NCBI RefSeq assembly: GCF_001194135.2
Contig: NC_068990.1
Span: 998,914-1,062,913, forward strand
Reading direction: 5' to 3'
Length of the DNA: 64,000 nucleotides
Source: Octopus bimaculoides
Taxonomy: Eukaryota
A program made the position numbers and the translations under genes. Shown here piece after piece: positions 11,791-24,690 of the stretch (positions are counted from its first letter, which is position 1; each line of letters starts with the position of its first letter). Under the pieces are notes generated by a model. That model saw nothing but the letters and a program-made list of their open reading frames with translations. It searched no databases and was not told where the DNA came from.

Positions 11791-14700
11791 TTGACACAGA
11801 TTCTTTGGCTGGATGCCCTTCCTAATGTCAACCACTTTACAGGGTGTACTGGGTGCTTTTCATGTGACACCAGCATAAGCGTTTTTTAATTTGCTCATTA
11901 TGTGGCATATATATATACATACATAGGGCCAGCTCAAGGTACTGGAAGCTTGGGTAAGCATCTAAGGTGCCATGTGCTAGGGGGTGCCAAGGCGGGCAGG
12001 ACAAAGAAAAGGAAAATTCCACAACCATCAGCTTGTGCACACCGAAGTTCAGATTACCTGGGGCACCAGCAACCCTAGGGCTGGCCCTGTACACAAACAC
12101 ACACACAAAGGCGTCCACCAAACAAGTTCACTCTCAAGGGTTTGATCAGACTAGTGTTAAAGTAGAAGACATTCAAGGTGTTGTGCAGTGGGACTGAACC
12201 AAAAACCATGTGGTTGCAAAGAGAGCTTGTTAACCATACAGCCAGGATTACACTGAAATACGTGTATGTGTGTGTGGTAGGTCAGTCATGTCTGGAATGC
12301 TTTAAAGCATAAGGTGTTCTTGATCATGACTGAAATGGAGCAAAGCAACAATAAAAAAAGAAAAAAACCTCAAAAAGACTAACAAAGACGATGACAACAA
12401 CACAGAAAAAAAATACACTAACAAAATCAATAACAAACTACAAAGTATGTTAAATGAGCTGACAGGTAGATTTTTTTTATTTGTTATTTATTTTCATAAT
12501 ATTTTTTAAAATTATTTTTTAATTTTTTTTTCATTGTATTTCTTTTGGAAGCATCTATTTTTTGTTATGAAATCTGATCTGGAAAGATGCAAATTTCCAT
12601 TTTCCTATATTATTATTATTATTATCAACTGATAAATCACTTTAATCCCTCCCTGTAGAGTCTCCACAAGAAAAGTAGAGAAAAAAAAATGAAAAAACTT
12701 GAAAAGCATCGCATAACAAACTCTCAAAGAATGACTTTGAAATGATATTTTTAGAATCATTTTCAAAAATATATTCTTTACCATCAAAACTGTTTCATTA
12801 TATATGTATATGTGTGTGTATGTGTGTGTGTGTATGTATGTATATATTTGCATATGTATATATACATATATATTTGTAAATGCATATGTATGTATTTGTA
12901 TATATATACACACGTGAGTGTATATATGTATATACATACATATCTAGCTACCTAACTAAATGTATGCATATATATATATATATATATATACATACATACC
13001 CACATATATATATATCTGTATACTTACATAAATGTGTGTATGTGTATACATGTGCTTATGTATAAATAGATAAATACATATATATACAAATTTCTATATA
13101 CAAGCTTGTGTGTATGTATATATATATATATATATATGCATATATGTATATATATATAAAATGGACACTGATATATATGTTTGTGTGTGTGTGTGTGTGC
13201 ATGCGTGTGTACAAACACACTCACAAATATGTTTAATTTTTGTATCTAGTGTTTGTATTCTCTGGTCTAAGTAATCGAGTCTTCCAATGTTAGTCTCACC
13301 GATGCATATCAATATTTTGGGAGCAAGTGAGTACATCAATCACAGAAATATTCTGTACCGACAATAGCTGTGGTGGTGGTCATGATGATGAGGTTTGGGG
13401 GTTAGTAAGAACTCACCAGCTTAGAGCTGGTGAGTTCATATTCCATCAACAGTGCTCTGCATTGTGTCTACAGACAATAAATCTCTCTCTATATATATAT
13501 ATATACATAGAGAGAGAGAGAGGTGGGTGAATTAGTAAAGTGAATTGGTTTCAATGTGGGAATTAATATTGGCTTATGGATAGACATTGTTGTTGCTGTC
13601 TTTTAGCCCAGAGTTAGGTCTGGTCCAACCAAACTATGGTTGGATCTGCCCCTTTGGCGAATCTCCAACATGTCATGTAATGTTATGAGTAGGTTCTGCC
13701 CCTTTGGCGAATCTCCAACATATAGATTAGTTTGAAATTGTCGAATACATTTCTTGTTGGAACTTCACAAATTAGTTAATTTTAGAGCTGGTCTGCAATC
13801 ATTTATAGTTAAATTTTTTCCTTTCAAAGTTTTTCTTTTTTTAAACTATTTTTCAAAGGTTCTTCTATAACGCACATTTCAGTCATTTAGACTAATATTT
13901 CGAAAGTTCAAAAGATTTTATGAAAAAATTAGGCGCACGTGTGTGTGAGTGTATCTGAATTGAATGCTAATTTGAATAACATGGAAAATAATCTTTATAA
14001 ATCAACAAAGCAACGAAAGATCCAGGTCAAATGGGAGAAATTCCAACTTATATGGGACAGATAATCGAAAAAAGTCCAGCAATGTAACAATGAGCACTAA
14101 ATACCAAAGATAAAAATAAATAATTTTGTTCTGTTGGCAAAACTTTGGACCTAACAACTTAAATGAACGAAACACCCATGTTTCCAGAGGAGATTTTATT
14201 CAAACCTCAAAGAATTCTCTCAACACATGGCTATGAAGTTGGAAAGTGTGGGTCAGTTTGTTCATTTGGAATATTTATTGTTGGCTCTTGAGAGATAGTT
14301 ACGTTCTTATTGCTNNNNNNNNNNTCAGTTTGTTCATTTGGAATATTTATTGTTGGCTCTTGAGAGATAGTTACGTTCTTATTGCTGCTGCATTATCTTA
14401 TTTTATCGCACTGGTACTGCGTATTGTATGCCATTATCCCAATTGTGGTAGTACTACTATAATGGATACAAACCATGTTACAGCATCTGGCGACAAAAGG
14501 TTTGAAGCTCACGTAGGTTGTAATTCACCTGCAAACCAAGCAGTAAATTCATTCTTACCGGATTGTCATCCTTATGAAATTCCCTTGCCCATTGTATTTT
14601 CTTCTGCAGCCATCCACATATTATTCAAGATCAACTACATTAATCTTACCAATTTGGAAGGCACAGCTCTTGCCTTTTGTCTCAGAAGGAATGCAAATGC

Positions 14701-15397
14701 CAAGGATACAGCCCCCTTTATCCGGCCAAATTGTTCAAATAAAAAAGAGAAAAATAACCCCCCGAAACCCACTACTATTCTTGTGAATTAATAAGCTGTA
14801 TACTCTATCAAACTGAACCCACATTATCATCTTTAACATGTCTCACAGGTCAAACCTCAATATTTTATCCAATCATTTCTCTCCGGAATTGGCAACCTCT
14901 ACATGGAATCACATTCTCATCAGACATTAATTTACAGAAGTTGAAAAAAGACATCATCTACATTCACATTAACAGCTTGGGAAAGCCTGTAGATGTTCTG
15001 TGAACAACATTTTTTTCTCTTGCTCGCACTATACAATAGTACTAACAAGAATTTCGAACAAAGGCACAAAGTAAAAAATTTTATAGGAGGACAATTCGTC
15101 AACTATATTGTGCCACTCCTTATCTAGTATTTTATTTCATTGCCCTCAGAAACATAGAAATGTGAAGTGTGTTGACAATGGTAACCCTTTCATGACTTAA
15201 TTTCTGATAGGTAAGCTGTTTCATAAATCATTAGTTCCACTTTAGCATACAGTATACAAGGCCATTTGCACTTCAGCATGCTACCTGATACCAATTCCAA
15301 ATAATAGCTCTCACTCTAACATAACCCATATCTAGGCATGCACACAATGTAAACAAAAGGAAAAACAAAAACAGATAAAGATTAAATCAATTTTAAT

Positions 15398-15579
15398 GCA
15401 GGATATTTCACTCTGGAAAGCAAATGTGACATTCATTCCATGAAAATACACAGGGTTCAGGCAGATGTTGAAATTATATAACAGGTATGCAGGATAGATT
15501 GAAAGTTACAAGCAGGATATTTCACTTTGGAAAGCAAATGTGACGTTCATTCCATGAAAATACACAGGGTTCAGGCAGA
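15398..15579 (+). repeat. 68-bp direct repeat, two copies (about 15398-15465 and 15512-15579)
   Basis: gcaggatatttcact.tggaaagcaaatgtgac.ttcattccatgaaaatacacagggttcaggcaga occurs twice with two mismatches. Confidence 0.85.
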
Positions 15580-16894
15580 CTTTAAAACAGTCCTTGATTT
15601 CTTTAGATTTGTGGATTTTCGGAAGACCACAGAAGTTACTGATAGGGGCATGGTCGTTGCAAACGTATCATTGTCATGCTAGCAGTGTCCTTTGTTTTTG
15701 AACTTCTGTGAAAACATGTTAGGTTATGCGAAAGGAATTACTTTATTTGGAAACAGGTAAAGGTTGGTGACAGAAAGGGCATTCTTTGGTCATAGAAAAT
15801 CTTCCTCAACAAAGTTCATCTGATGCATGGAAAAATGGATGTTAAAATGATGATGATGATACCCATTAGATCCCATAAAAGTAACAAGATGGTGATGGTT
15901 AGAATGCTTTTGATTAAAGGTTGTTCAGTTAGGGTTGACCAGTGACCACATAACAATATGCACATATAAATGCAGTCACCCCTCTTGTGTATATCACAAG
16001 ATGCCATGCAAATGACAAGGTCTTAGATATACTTTGTCTGTGGAATAAAAAAAACAATTTCAAAACATGGTAACAGCTGGAATGTTTGTGATCATAAGTG
16101 GTCTGCATGATTTGTGATGGCCTGGGGCTATAGACATCGCCACCACCACAATCTCTCGCCTATCAATGGGTAAAAAAACTATGACAATTAAAACAAGTTA
16201 AAATTTTAATTCCTCATTTGAATTTCCTTCAAAAAAAAAAAAAAAGATGAAATATGTGCGTGTATACATATATAATGTATACATAAATTAAGACATAAAT
16301 TAAACAATGTAAATAACAATAGCTAAAACTGAATGAGATCAGCCAAAGAAAATACGAAAAAAGAAAGAAAAAACAAAAAGTATAAAACAATAAAATCATT
16401 GAGTGGTGTTGAAGAATCATTTGAGTATTTTGTGGTTCATTGAAATTGTTTAGTACCTTTCACGAAATCTGAAATTGAAACAAAGAAATCCTTCATTAAA
16501 AGAATATATNNNNNNNNNNNNNNNNNNNNNNNNNNNNNNNNNNNNNNNNNNNNNNNNNNNNNNNNNNNNNNNNNNNNNNNNNNNNNNNNNNNNNNNNNNN
16601 NNNNNNNNNNNNNNNNNNNNNNNNNNNNNNNNNNNNNNNNNNNNNNNNNNNNNNNNNNNNNNNNNNNNNNNNNNNNNNNNNNNNNNNNNNNNNNNNNNNN
16701 NNNNNNNNNNNNNNNNNNNNNNNNNNNNNNNNNNNNNNNNNNNNNNNNNNNNNNNNNNNNNNNNNNNNNNNNNNNNNNNNNNNNNNNNNNNNNNNNNNNN
16801 NNNNNNNNNNNNNNNNNNNNNNNNNNNNNNNNNNNNNNNNNNNNNNNNNNNNNNNNNNNNNNNNNNNNNNNNNNNNNNNNNNNNNNNNNNNNNN

Positions 16895-16943
<49 letters not shown>

Positions 16944-17071
16944 TTCTACATATATCCATACATCCACATATATACACATAATATATATACGTACATATAC
17001 ATACACATATCTACATATATCCATATACACACACATATATATCTACATATATCCATACATACACATATATA

Positions 17072-17102
<31 letters not shown>

Positions 17103-17483
17103 TACATGTATCTATACATCTACATATATCCATACACACACACACACACACACACACACATAAATGTAATGTCTTAAATGTTTGGTAATTCATTTTCATT
17201 TTCTTGATTTGCATATTGGTGTGAGTTGGATAAATTTGCAACACACACACAAGTAACTGATACTCATCTTTGCTCTATTCAAATAATTATTGATTTCTCA
17301 TGTTTAATAAATATTTATAATTGTTTGGTTAAGAAATTCACTTTGCAAACACATGATTATGAATTTGGCTCCACCGTGCAGCACCTTCAGTGAGTATCTT
17401 CTACCATAACTCCCGGGCCTGACTCTTTCCACATGAGAGAATTTGATAAATGGAGACTGTAAGAAGCCACTCATGTATGTATG

Positions 17484-17515
<32 letters not shown>

Positions 17516-17769
17516 AAGCATCCAATATGCTCTGTTAAATAATTGGGATTAGGAAGGGCATTGAGCTGTAGAAACTATGTCAAAGTAGACGTAGAACTTG
17601 GCAGAGCCCTATGGCTTGTCTATTCTTGTCAACTCATTTCAGCATGGAAAAGAATGATGATGATGATGATGATATATAAAGGAAATTAGCTAAGGGAAAT
17701 AACTCAGAGTGGCTGGTGGCATGTATCTTAAAGACAAATGAACATGAATGATAAAATTCTTGATTTATT

Positions 17770-18000
17770 AAACCATCTCCAATGCTCAAATATGTACCAC
17801 TGGCCATCACGAACCACTTCTTTCAGCATGTTTTTGGTTCATTTATGCAAAACATCTTGGCCATAAATGTGTTCTGCACTTCTTTGTGTATGTCTAAGTG
17901 TTCCATCTGCTGGAGATAAAATATGACAACTGCTGTGCTGATGATACCTGCTTAAGCAGAAACATGTGTCCACAGCTGTCCTCTCATCTCTAGATAATCA
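17770..18000 (-). mobile_element. Mariner transposase N-terminal (HTH) remnant
   Basis: AVVIFYLQQMEHLDIHKEVQN / IYGQDVL / KKWF...G...SIGD resembles the mariner HTH region; frameshifted. Confidence 0.4.
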
Positions 18001-18774
18001 GAATGTCTTTTCCTTAGTAGCTTATCAATTTTGGAGAAAATCGTTAATTCTTGTGATTATCTTCTCTTCTCATTTGATGTTGGTACCAACTGCCATCAAG
18101 TAACTGCTTAATTTTTTTCTAGAAGTGGAGATCATCATCATCATCATCATCATCATCACTACCACCATTTAATGTCAATTTTCTATGCTGGGATGGTTTG
18201 ACAGGCACTGGTAAGCCAAAAGACTGTACCGAGTTCCACTATCTGCTTTGGCAAGGTTTCTGCAGTTGGACGCCCTTTCTAAAGTCAGCCACTTTACAGA
18301 ATGTACTAGGTGCATTTTATGAGGCTCTAGTACCAGTGAGGTTACCTAGTAAATCACAAGACAAGACCCATCAACTGAGCAGGGAGTAGTACTGGGGTGG
18401 CTTTGTGCCAGGTGATGAGAGGTTATAATATAAGAGGGGACAGAAAGAGAATTTATCTAGGTTATTTAATTAATCTTTATATGCATGTGTGTGTAACTCT
18501 CATTTCATGTCTCCTCATTAACACTGTCAGTGAGAAAACAGTCTTTGTTTACAATCCCTTGTATGTAAAAGATCATGTAATTTTAGACTTTGAGATATGA
18601 GGACCAGTGGAATGAAAACTATTCCTTAGTTGGAAAATAGTTAGGTGCTGGCTACTGGAAGAGTATTCATCCATAGAGAATCTGCTTCCTCAAATTTCAT
18701 CTAACCCATGCCAGTATGGAAAAAGCAATGTAAAACCAAATGAACAAACAAATGAACCAAAGCTGTTGTTGTTG

Positions 18775-19152
18775 TTGGCACTCTGTTGCTTACGACATTG
18801 AGGGTTCCAGCTGATCCGATCAATGGAACAGCCTGCTCGTGAAATTAACGTGCAAGTGGTTGAGCACTCCACAGACATGTGTACCCTTAACGTAGTTCTT
18901 GGGGATATTCAGTGTGACACAGTGCGACAAGGCTGGCCCTTTGAAATACAGGTACAACAGAAGCAGGAAGTAAGAGTGAGAGAAAGTTGTGGTGGAAGAG
19001 TACAGCAGGGTTCGCCTCCATCCCCTGCTGGAGCCTCGTGGAAGTTTAGGTGTTTTCGCTCAATAAACACTCACAACGCCCAGTCTGGGAATCGAAACCT
19101 CGATCCTATAACCGCGAGTCCGCTGCCCTAACCACTGGGCCATTGCGCCTCC
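18775..19152 (-). mobile_element. Full-length, CpG-rich tRNA-derived SINE with (CAA)n tail
   Basis: Minus strand starts ggcgcaatggcccagtggttagggcagcggactcgcgg...ggtttcgattccc (A and B boxes) and ends gtgccaacaacaacaac; a related partial copy lies near 38000-38290. Confidence 0.8.
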
Positions 19153-20108
19153 ACGAACCAAAGTTACACTTATATAAATCATCACATTCTTTATGTTTCA
19201 AAAAATCTGCTTTCACTAGGAAAAGGAAGCCTATTTGATGCCAATGAGGGTAGACAACAATTTATTGTGCTTCTTCAACCCAAACAGCCAATGAAAATAT
19301 ATGAGCAAATGAAGAAGTTTCTACATGGTCTCTTGAACTGCTTGAAAGAGCAGCTAAATCTTTCTCAAATGGCACCTTACTGTCTTGAAAGATAAACGGA
19401 TGTATCAGGAAATGTAGTCTTAGATATCTGTAAAAAGACAAAGATTATATTTTGAAAACATTTGATCATGGATCTGTTGGTTTAACCTAGAGCAAGAGAA
19501 CAACAATAGGGTCCTCTATATGGTCGCTTGGCTTGCTGGCAATATCAGTCAAATCTCCCTCACATTACATCATACAATTGCTAAAGATAAAAGGACTTAT
19601 TAGATAATATAGTCCTACATATCTCCCAAAATAGGGAGTTATGTCGATGTTGGAATACCTTTGATCATGGGTCTCCTCAATCAGGGTTGACCCAGGGCTA
19701 AATAACAGCACTATCAAAAATTAAAATCCTTATAAGATGCTGATGTTATTTGGATTAAAATGAATTATCTGAAATCTCAATCATCATCATCATCATCATT
19801 TAAGATCTGTTGTCCATGCTGGCATGGGTTGGACGGTTTGACCAAGGCTGATAAGCTGAGGGGCTGCACCAGATTGTAGTCTGATTTGGTATGGTTTCTA
19901 CAGCTGAATGCCCTTCCTAATGCCAACCACTCTGAGAGTGTAATAAGTGCTTTTATGTATGACCAACACAGGTACCAGTTGCGTGACACCGGTACCTGCC
20001 CGGGCTACGATTACACTTGACTTGATGGGTCTTCTAAATAAATAAAATAAATAAATACATAAATAAAGGTTTGGGGTTGAAGTTACAAGCCATAGAAATT
20101 CAACTTAC

Positions 20109-20256
20109 ATTATGATAGTTCTCAATTAAAGTCTGTATAATCCATGGTACCAAGACAGCTTGATCTATACTGGTCTGATCATTCCACAAAAGAACTGGTG
20201 ACCAGCAGACAGCCAAAGAATATGATGACATTACGTTTTCTGGACATTCTGATACA
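20109..20256 (-). CDS. RhoGAP exon (148 nt, N-VSECPENVMSSYSLAVCWSPVLLWNDQTSIDQAVLVPWIIQTLIENYHN), most 3' exon found
   Basis: Acceptor gttttttttcttaaaAG and donor GTAAGT. Matches N.M...LA....P.L and LIENY; ends in phase 0 with a donor, so at least one more exon lies downstream. Confidence 0.95.
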
Positions 20257-20832
20257 CTTTTAAGAAAAAAAACAAAACAATAAACACAAATAATAAAAAC
20301 AAGAAAAACCCTGATAAACAAAATAAAGATGAACATCAGAATTAATACAGTTCTATATTTAAGAGATGAGGAATTATGTACATTATTTACATTATTTACA
20401 ATTGACGGGTCAACATTCCTCCCTGATCAAAAGGGAGACTGGGGCAGTGTGAAACAAAGTGCTTTGCTTAAGAACACAATGCACTGCTCGGTCAGGGAAT
20501 TGAACTCATGATCAAGTGATTGTGAGTGCAACAGCCTAACCACTAGGTCACATGCCTTCACAAAAAAAAAAAAAAAAAAAAAACTAGAAATATTCTCTGG
20601 AAATTAATTTCCTAACAAAGAGTTCTTTTGCTCCCATTGTAATTCCGTTTACATCTTGAACACATTACTGGAATATAAATCAACCTCAATACTTCACTGG
20701 TAGTTGATGTTCTCAAGCTCAGAAAGGATGAAACCCGAGTACAAATTTGAACTCAGAGTAATGGAACAAGCGAAAAATATAGAAAAAAAAGTCAATAATA
20801 AAATTAAAAAAAAATAAAATAAGCAAGTTGAC

Positions 20833-21048
20833 TATGAGGTGGGTGCTGGAAAGTTCCTGGCTTTAAGAGTTTTGTGAAAGGCCTGGTTGCGGGCCCAACC
20901 TTCTGAGTTCTTTTACAGGAAAAACTGAAGGACCCCTGCAATAAGTGTGTGAATCTGCGAGGGGAATGTGTTGAATAAAACCATAATTAATTGATCCTCC
21001 TGTATTTTCTTTTAGGTAAAATCAGGAACTTTTCAGCACCCACTTGTA
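20833..21048. mobile_element. Mariner-type MITE, copy 1
   Basis: TIRs gaggtgggtgctggaaagttcctg / caggaacttttcagcacccacttg flanked by TA. Confidence 0.75.
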
Positions 21049-21050
21049 CC

Positions 21051-21082
<32 letters not shown>

Positions 21083-21302
21083 TATGAGGGGTGCTGAAAA
21101 GTTCCTGGCTTTAAGGGTGTCGTGAAAGGCCTGGTTGGAGGCCCAACATTCTGAGTTCTTTTTACAGAGCTTAGAAAAACTGAAAGACACTGCAATAAGT
21201 GTGTGAATCTCAGAAGGGAATATGTTGAATAAAATCATAATTAATTGATCCTTCTGCATTTTCTTCTACCCAAAGCCAGGAACTTTTCAGCACCCCTTTG
21301 TA
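21083..21302. mobile_element. Mariner-type MITE, copy 2 (same family and orientation, about 35 bp from copy 1)
   Basis: TIRs gaggggtgctgaaaagttcctggcttt / aaagccaggaacttttcagcacccctt with TA ends; interior homologous to copy 1. Confidence 0.8.
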
Positions 21303-22589
21303 TATAATTAGAAAGCATTGTGAAGTTCATTATTATATTTAACAATTGTTTTATCTGTATCAATATCTATCAATCAATGTGTGTGTGTGTGTGTGACAGT
21401 AATATCTGCAACCACATGTGGTGTGATGTCACAGGAAGAGAAATTTCAGTGTTCAAATCTTTCTCCCTCACTTTCAATTTTCTTTTCACTCCAAGGGAAG
21501 CTTATTCCAGCCAACATTTTTCTTTCTTTTTTGACATAAAAGAAACAGACTTACGTGAGCAACATAACAATATACAGGACAAAAAAAAACAACAAATAAA
21601 AAAAACAAGAGTAAATAAAACGAACTCAACAATTAAGCAAATTAGTAAAATAAGATGTCTATCAGCCAAAAATTAAAAAAAAAAAAAAAGAAACAGTTAC
21701 TAAAACAATTGGTAACGAAATAAAAATTGAACAGTTGAAAGTTGTGAAAATTAGTTTAAACTCTCATTAAGCATTCATTCATATGAAGAGATGAGAATTT
21801 GCCAAAAGAAAAACGGAAAAAAATTGGAAATAAAATACAATTTTTATTTTAAATCCCCCAAAACCTCATGAACAAAAATGTAGAGAATCAAAACAAACAA
21901 TAGAATATTGATAAATATTGAACAATAAGCTTTGTAGTCTGTTGAGGAATTTATGAGATTCTTGCCAAAAATGTAAATTTTCTGCTTTCTTACTAATGAA
22001 ACAAGAAACAAACGAATTATTACAATGTTGGAAAACTAATATGAACCAAAAAAACAAAAACAAAACAGAAATAAAAAAAAAGGAAAATAAGCAATTTGGA
22101 GTGCTCATTACTAATACCAGGACTTGTAATAGATATATGCTACAGTGCATAATTGATGTATTTCTGGATATTTTCAGATGCATATGTTTGTGTACATGTA
22201 TATCATACATACATGCACCTTCCATACACAGATGCATGTGTGTGTGTGTGTGTGTGCGTGTGTGTGTGTATTGTTTGTAGAAAACATAAATCCAAATTTC
22301 TGGAGTTAAGGATGTTCCCTGGTTTGAATGAGTCTTTTAGGATTTTCGTGAGTTCAACTATGCATAACTTGAAATGCTTTGTCCCATTGATGTAGGGGCT
22401 TGTAGGATTTTCCAGCAAAGGGAGATAATCCCTAATTGTTTACCTTTGAGTAGTGAGGCATTTCCCCACTACATGTTTTGAAGAGGTCATGGGCCAACAG
22501 GTTTGGGATCTGACAATACGCCATAAAGCGAAACCCTTTATGGAAAGGAAACCTAAAGTAATCCCATAAACCTGCTTTCCCCATTTTTA

Positions 22590-22645
<56 letters not shown>

Positions 22646-23526
22646 TCGTGCGGGTGACACGTAAAAGCACCCACTACACTCTGAGTGGTTGGCGTTAGGA
22701 AGGGCATCCAGCTGTAGAAACTCTGCCAAATTAGATTGGAGCCTGGTGTTGCCATCCGGTTGCACCAGTCCTCAGTCAAATCGTCCAACCCATGCTAGCA
22801 TGGAGAGCGGACGTTAAACGATGATGATGATGATGATGATATATATTTTGATAGGAAGGACAACAAAGTTATATATGTTTATGTATATTATGTATTGGTA
22901 TAGACATGTGATATGTTTGGATGATATCAGTCATGTAAGTGAGTGCTATCCAAAGGTGGAAGAAAACTGCTTAGAAAGGGCAAAATGTATATGAAGGATG
23001 ATGATTTAGAAGAAAAGTGTCAATTAATCCTGTACGTAGAGTAGAAGATCTAGAAACATATTGGACTGATCTCAAGAGGCTGAACTCCATGAAGAAGATG
23101 ACAAAGGACTGCAAAAAAGCGGTTCAATCCTACTGTGTGTCACCTTGGGCAAGTGTCTTTCACCAATTCCCCGTAGCTTTGGAATGACAAGTGCCATATG
23201 AGTGAAACTAGGTAAATGGAAACTATCTGGAAGAAGTCAGATGCATTGTACCCACAATATAAAGGACCATATATACATATGTTTTTTGTGCAAGTGTCTG
23301 TGCATAGATATATATACATATTTATGTATGTTTGTTTCAATTTTTGGCATAAGACTAGTAATTTTGTTGCAAGGAGTAAGTTGATCACATCAACCTCAAA
23401 AGGATGAAAGGCAAAAATTAACTCTGGTGGCACTTGAACTCAGAATATAAACATGTAAGAAAAGCCACTAAGCATTTTGTCCAGTGCAGGAATAATTCTG
23501 CTGTCTTGCTGCCTTATACATTTATC

Positions 23527-23950
23527 TATATTGGTAATAAGTTTAGTCAAAAGAAATGAAGGAACTGTTCCTTAGTTTATTGAAATACGGGCACAGAAAA
23601 TCTTCAAATTTTCCATAGAAATGAAAGGAAATGAAATGACATAAAATAAAATTAAATTAGGTAAAATAGAATATTTACATTATTTATGAATTTTTCATCT
23701 AGTGCTAGAGGATACTTATATCTCTAGGAGACATGAGCACTCACATGCAATAAATGATGAAAATTCTTTAAATGTAATAGCATAAATATTCCACTTTATT
23801 TCACATTACATTATTTCATTTTATTATATTTTATTTCATTCCATTTCATTTAGTTTTGTTTGAAAATTTGAAGATGTCCTGTGTTTGCATATAAATAAGC
23901 AAGAAACAATTCCTTCATTTCTGACTAAAATTATGATTACCACTAATATA
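23527..23950. repeat. Old AT-rich foldback (palindromic) element
   Basis: Left arm (gaaatgaaggaactgttcctt...atcttcaaattttc...gaatattta...gaatttttcatc) matches the reverse complement of the right arm; the centre is also palindromic (agtgct..ctagag..ctctag..agcact). Confidence 0.7.
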
Positions 23951-24084
23951 CTTTTCTTTACACTACTTAAAACATTTTAAGTATATACACATGCACACAC
24001 ACACACACAGACACACACACATATATATATATATACATAATATATATGTATATATATATATAATATAATATAATATATATGTAT

Positions 24085-24270
24085 GTATAACAGAAAAGAA
24101 AGTAAATTTTGAATGTGGTACAGCTGTGGATATGGTAGAGAAAGATTGGATATTTACCCTTAACAGACGGAAAAAACTTGCTAGCAGGGAGCTGCAGGGA
24201 GTTGAAACCTGTACCCCTCAGATTCCAGCCAAGTGCTCAAACCATTAAGCTAAACTGCCTGACAACCATT
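24085..24270 (-). mobile_element. tRNA-headed SINE-like fragment
   Basis: Minus strand ggcagtttagcttaatgg (A-box-like) ... ggtttcaactccc (B-box-like), followed by the body shared with the 24321-24545 hairpin. Confidence 0.5.
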
Positions 24271-24320
24271 ACCATCAATTCTAATGCTAAGTAGTAGTTT
24301 TTTTGAATGTGAGAACATTT

Positions 24321-24545
24321 TATAAACAAACTTTGGAAGCACCAAATATGTTGGTATTTTACGAACAAGAAAGTTACTTTTGAATGTAGTGTAGCTGTGA
24401 AAACAGTAGAGAAAGATTAGGTATTTTCTGTCTTCTAAGGGTAAATAGCCAACCTTTTCCTGCTGTTTTCACAGCTGTACAGTGTTCAAAATTTACTTTG
24501 TCTGTAAAATACCAGCACATTCAGTACTTCCAAAGTTAGTTTATA
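24321..24545. repeat. Hairpin formed by two opposed copies of one repeat segment
   Basis: tataaacaaactttggaagcac...ggtattttac pairs with gtaaaatacc...gtacttccaaagttagtttata. The inner part also matches 24085-24185. Confidence 0.7.
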
Positions 24546-24560
24546 ACATCATATATATAC

Positions 24561-24614
<54 letters not shown>

Positions 24615-24690
24615 TGAGCATTCTGATCTAGTAAACATGTTAGTCTTCAATTATGAAAGAATTCAGTTGTGATAAATAATGTATACGTAC

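Noticed and set aside
14255-14386. Exact about 60-bp direct repeat around a 10-N gap; same pattern at about 54705-54790
   Set aside because: Typical unmerged contig overlap, an assembly artefact.
16457-16468. 12-nt micro-exon with a strong acceptor as next RhoGAP exon
   Set aside because: In the required phase 0 it reads Ile-Ser-stop yet is followed by a donor-like site; cannot be supported without transcripts.
19080-19152. tRNA-like heads here and at 3381, 24190-24270 and 31394
   Set aside because: They run directly into SINE bodies and I could not fold complete cloverleaves, so they are not called tRNA genes.
22270-22590. Moderately GC-rich, coding-looking stretch with GT-AG-bounded segments
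   Set aside because: No frame gives a recognisable peptide, and the RhoGAP exons on either side already join in phase; probably an old element fragment.
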